Shown: piece after piece, positions 62,077 through 64,000 of the stretch
Layout of the letters: each line of letters begins with the position of its first letter
Numbering within the stretch: position 1 is the stretch's first letter
Source: Spirochaetia bacterium
GTDB lineage: Bacteria > Spirochaetota > Spirochaetia > DSM-16054 > Sediminispirochaetaceae
DNA length: 64,000 nt
Direction: 5' to 3'
NCBI GenBank assembly: GCA_034520965.1
Contig: JAXHMY010000008.1
Span: forward strand, 32,001-96,000
Translations under genes and position numbers: made by a program
Notes under the pieces: generated by a model
Told to the model about the DNA's origin: nothing
Seen by the model: the letters and a program-made list of their open reading frames with translations, nothing else
The model's database searches: none

Positions 62077-63311
62077 TGGCAGCAGATACATTACAAGTTA
62101 ATAATATACAAAAGGAAGCGCAGGCACAGATAGCTTCTCTTCCCGCTCCAGGAGCTCCGGATGAAGCCTGGCGCAGGGTTCCCCTGGGACCGATTTCAGC
62201 TTTGCTCCAAAATCAGAGCGCAGCCTCACAGGTAAAGAGCGGAAGGGTTGATATTTATGCCGATAATACCCTTTTATCACCCCTCGATACTTCGGGCGGA
62301 GGAGTAAGCCCTGTAGTCAAGAGATGGCGAGAACTGGAAGCTCTGCGGCAGGAGCACCGGCTGGAGCGGCCGAATGACATTGAGCAGAACCAACTGTTTG
62401 CATACCCTCTTGCATATGCTCAAAGTATCTACCAATTGAAAATTGCTGCCGAGGACTCTACTGAAACTATTCAAATTGATATCCGCCTCAATGCCAATGA
62501 AACTGACGGAGTTTCGACTCCGATTTATTATTTCCCAGTGTTGCTGATTCATGCTGAAAAAAACAGCTCGGCTTCGGTTCAGATCAAGCTTCATTTAGGC
62601 GAAGAAAATCAAACGGCGGTGATGCTGTCCCGTACAGTTTTAATACTTGAAGATGGCGCCTCAGTTGACTATCAGGATGCTGCTGCGGCTACGAATAGAA
62701 TTACTGCCGGCTATCAACTGGAACAGGCGTATCTTGGAAGGGATGCCCAACTGCGGATAGGACGGGAGATCGGCAGTTTTGAAACGGGTATGCACGATGG
62801 TCGCTATGCATTGCTGGGGCGAGGGGCCCGCTTGGAGGAATATACTCTCATGCAAGCGGGAGATATCGGCAGCAGCGATCGCAGTTTTTGTGGTCAAAAG
62901 TCTGTGGTTGAGCAGTATGCCCCCCATACTATGAGTAATGTGGAAACCCGTTCAATTTTAGGAGCAGCAGCCCACGGCATGTTTGTGGGTACCATTAAGA
63001 TTCCTACCGGAGCACCCGGTTCTAGCGGTCATGAGCAGCACCGAAGCTTGCTGCTCAGTCCGCAGAGTCGAATAGAGTCGCTCCCGGAGCTTGAAATAGT
63101 TGAGAATGATGTAAGCTGCAGCCATGGTTCAACGGTAACCGAGCTTGACCCCGAATCCCGCTATTATCTTGAATCGCGGGGTATTAGCCGGGAAGATACT
63201 CGAGTTTTGTTGACCGCTGCATTTACCGATCAGCTTAGATCGCGCATGCCCGGTGCACAGTTCGAACTGAATGAGTTAGCATATGTAGAGGAGGAGAGTA
63301 GCAGTGAGTGA
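62076..63311 (+). CDS. sufD: Fe-S cluster assembly protein
   Basis: EAWR, PELEIVENDVSCSHGSTV, YLESRGI; position after sufB. Confidence 0.88.
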   Translation: MAADTLQVNNIQKEAQAQIASLPAPGAPDEAWRRVPLGPISALLQNQSAASQVKSGRVDIYADNTLLSPLDTSGGGVSPVVKRWRELEALRQEHRLERPNDIEQNQLFAYPLAYAQSIYQLKIAAEDSTETIQIDIRLNANETDGVSTPIYYFPVLLIHAEKNSSASVQIKLHLGEENQTAVMLSRTVLILEDGASVDYQDAAAATNRITAGYQLEQAYLGRDAQLRIGREIGSFETGMHDGRYALLGRGARLEEYTLMQAGDIGSSDRSFCGQKSVVEQYAPHTMSNVETRSILGAAAHGMFVGTIKIPTGAPGSSGHEQHRSLLLSPQSRIESLPELEIVENDVSCSHGSTVTELDPESRYYLESRGISREDTRVLLTAAFTDQLRSRMPGAQFELNELAYVEEESSSE

Positions 63312-63741
63312 TAGTTTATACCGGGATATTTTGCTTGATCATTATAAATCCAAGAAACATAGATTTGAAATTGTAGACCCAACTAGCAAAGAAGAGGGGA
63401 AAAACCCGCTTTGTGGCGACACTATAACCTTGTTCACCAAAATGAACGGGACGCACATTGAAAAGGTAAGTTACGACGGCCACGGCTGTTCTATTTCTAT
63501 GGCCTCCAGCAGTATGCTCTGTGAGGCCCTGGAGGGGCATACTGTGGATGAGGCCTTGGAGAGGATCCAGCAATTTAAGGAGATGCTGCTTACCGATCAT
63601 GAGGTAGAGTTCCCGGATGATATAGCCGACCTAGAGGCGATGTCCGGGGTGAAGCAGTATCCGGTGCGGATAAAATGTGCGTTGTTGGTGTGGAATACTG
63701 CAGAGCAAATGCTCAAGGAGTCACAGCCGGATGTACAGTAA
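63304..63741 (+). CDS. sufU: SUF system NifU-family protein
   Basis: LYRDILLDHY, NPLCGD, GCSISMASSS, PVRIKCALL. Confidence 0.93.
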   Translation: MSDSLYRDILLDHYKSKKHRFEIVDPTSKEEGKNPLCGDTITLFTKMNGTHIEKVSYDGHGCSISMASSSMLCEALEGHTVDEALERIQQFKEMLLTDHEVEFPDDIADLEAMSGVKQYPVRIKCALLVWNTAEQMLKESQPDVQ

Positions 63742-64000
63742 AGAAGAACTGCTTGTGAAGCTGCGGCCGGTAGAGGACCCTGAAATCGGATTCTCGATCG
63801 TAGATATGGGGCTGATTTATGAGCTCTATCAGGATGAAGAGGAAAGGGTGCATGTAAAGATGACACTTACCACTCCTATGTGTCCTATCGGCCCTTCAAT
63901 CGGCGAGAACGTGAAACAGACGCTCCTATCGGATCCTCATATTCCTGAAGTTGATTTTGAGTGGACCTTTAGCCCCCCTTGGGACCCTAAGACGATGGCA
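63731..64000 (+). CDS. metal-sulfur cluster assembly factor (SufT/DUF59), truncated by window end
   Basis: Manual translation: MYSKEELLVKLRPVEDPEIGFSIVDMGLIY...MTLTTPMCP...FSPPWDP. Confidence 0.9.
   Translation, partial: MYSKEELLVKLRPVEDPEIGFSIVDMGLIYELYQDEEERVHVKMTLTTPMCPIGPSIGENVKQTLLSDPHIPEVDFEWTFSPPWDPKTMA

Overview
This is a mostly housekeeping, moderate-GC window from a spirochaete-like bacterium. The taxonomy is inferred from the protein families: long NDK, LPP20-like lipoproteins, and 'AGGxQE' solute-binding proteins. It carries thrA, rpmB, a BMP-type nucleoside ABC transporter, a polar amino-acid ABC transporter, ferritin, RecQ, dapA-dapL-lysA, glnS, galE, PGM/PMM, rpiB, two diguanylate cyclases and the start of a suf operon. 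About ten genes are split by apparent single-base indels, most likely long-read assembly errors. The most notable items are: (1) a candidate sphingolipid/ceramide pathway, with a eukaryote-like 3-ketodihydrosphingosine reductase directly upstream of a serine-palmitoyltransferase-like gene and a bacterial ceramide-synthase-like GNAT about 6 kb away; (2) a TTAA-flanked IS1/IS1595-like element; (3) two families of small palindromic dispersed repeats, one flanked by duplicated Shine-Dalgarno-containing target sites; (4) a ThrA whose aspartokinase motifs are degenerate; (5) an HTH-like/ACT protein divergent from the lysine genes. No rRNA, tRNA or CRISPR array was recognised. All family calls come from motif recognition, not database searches.
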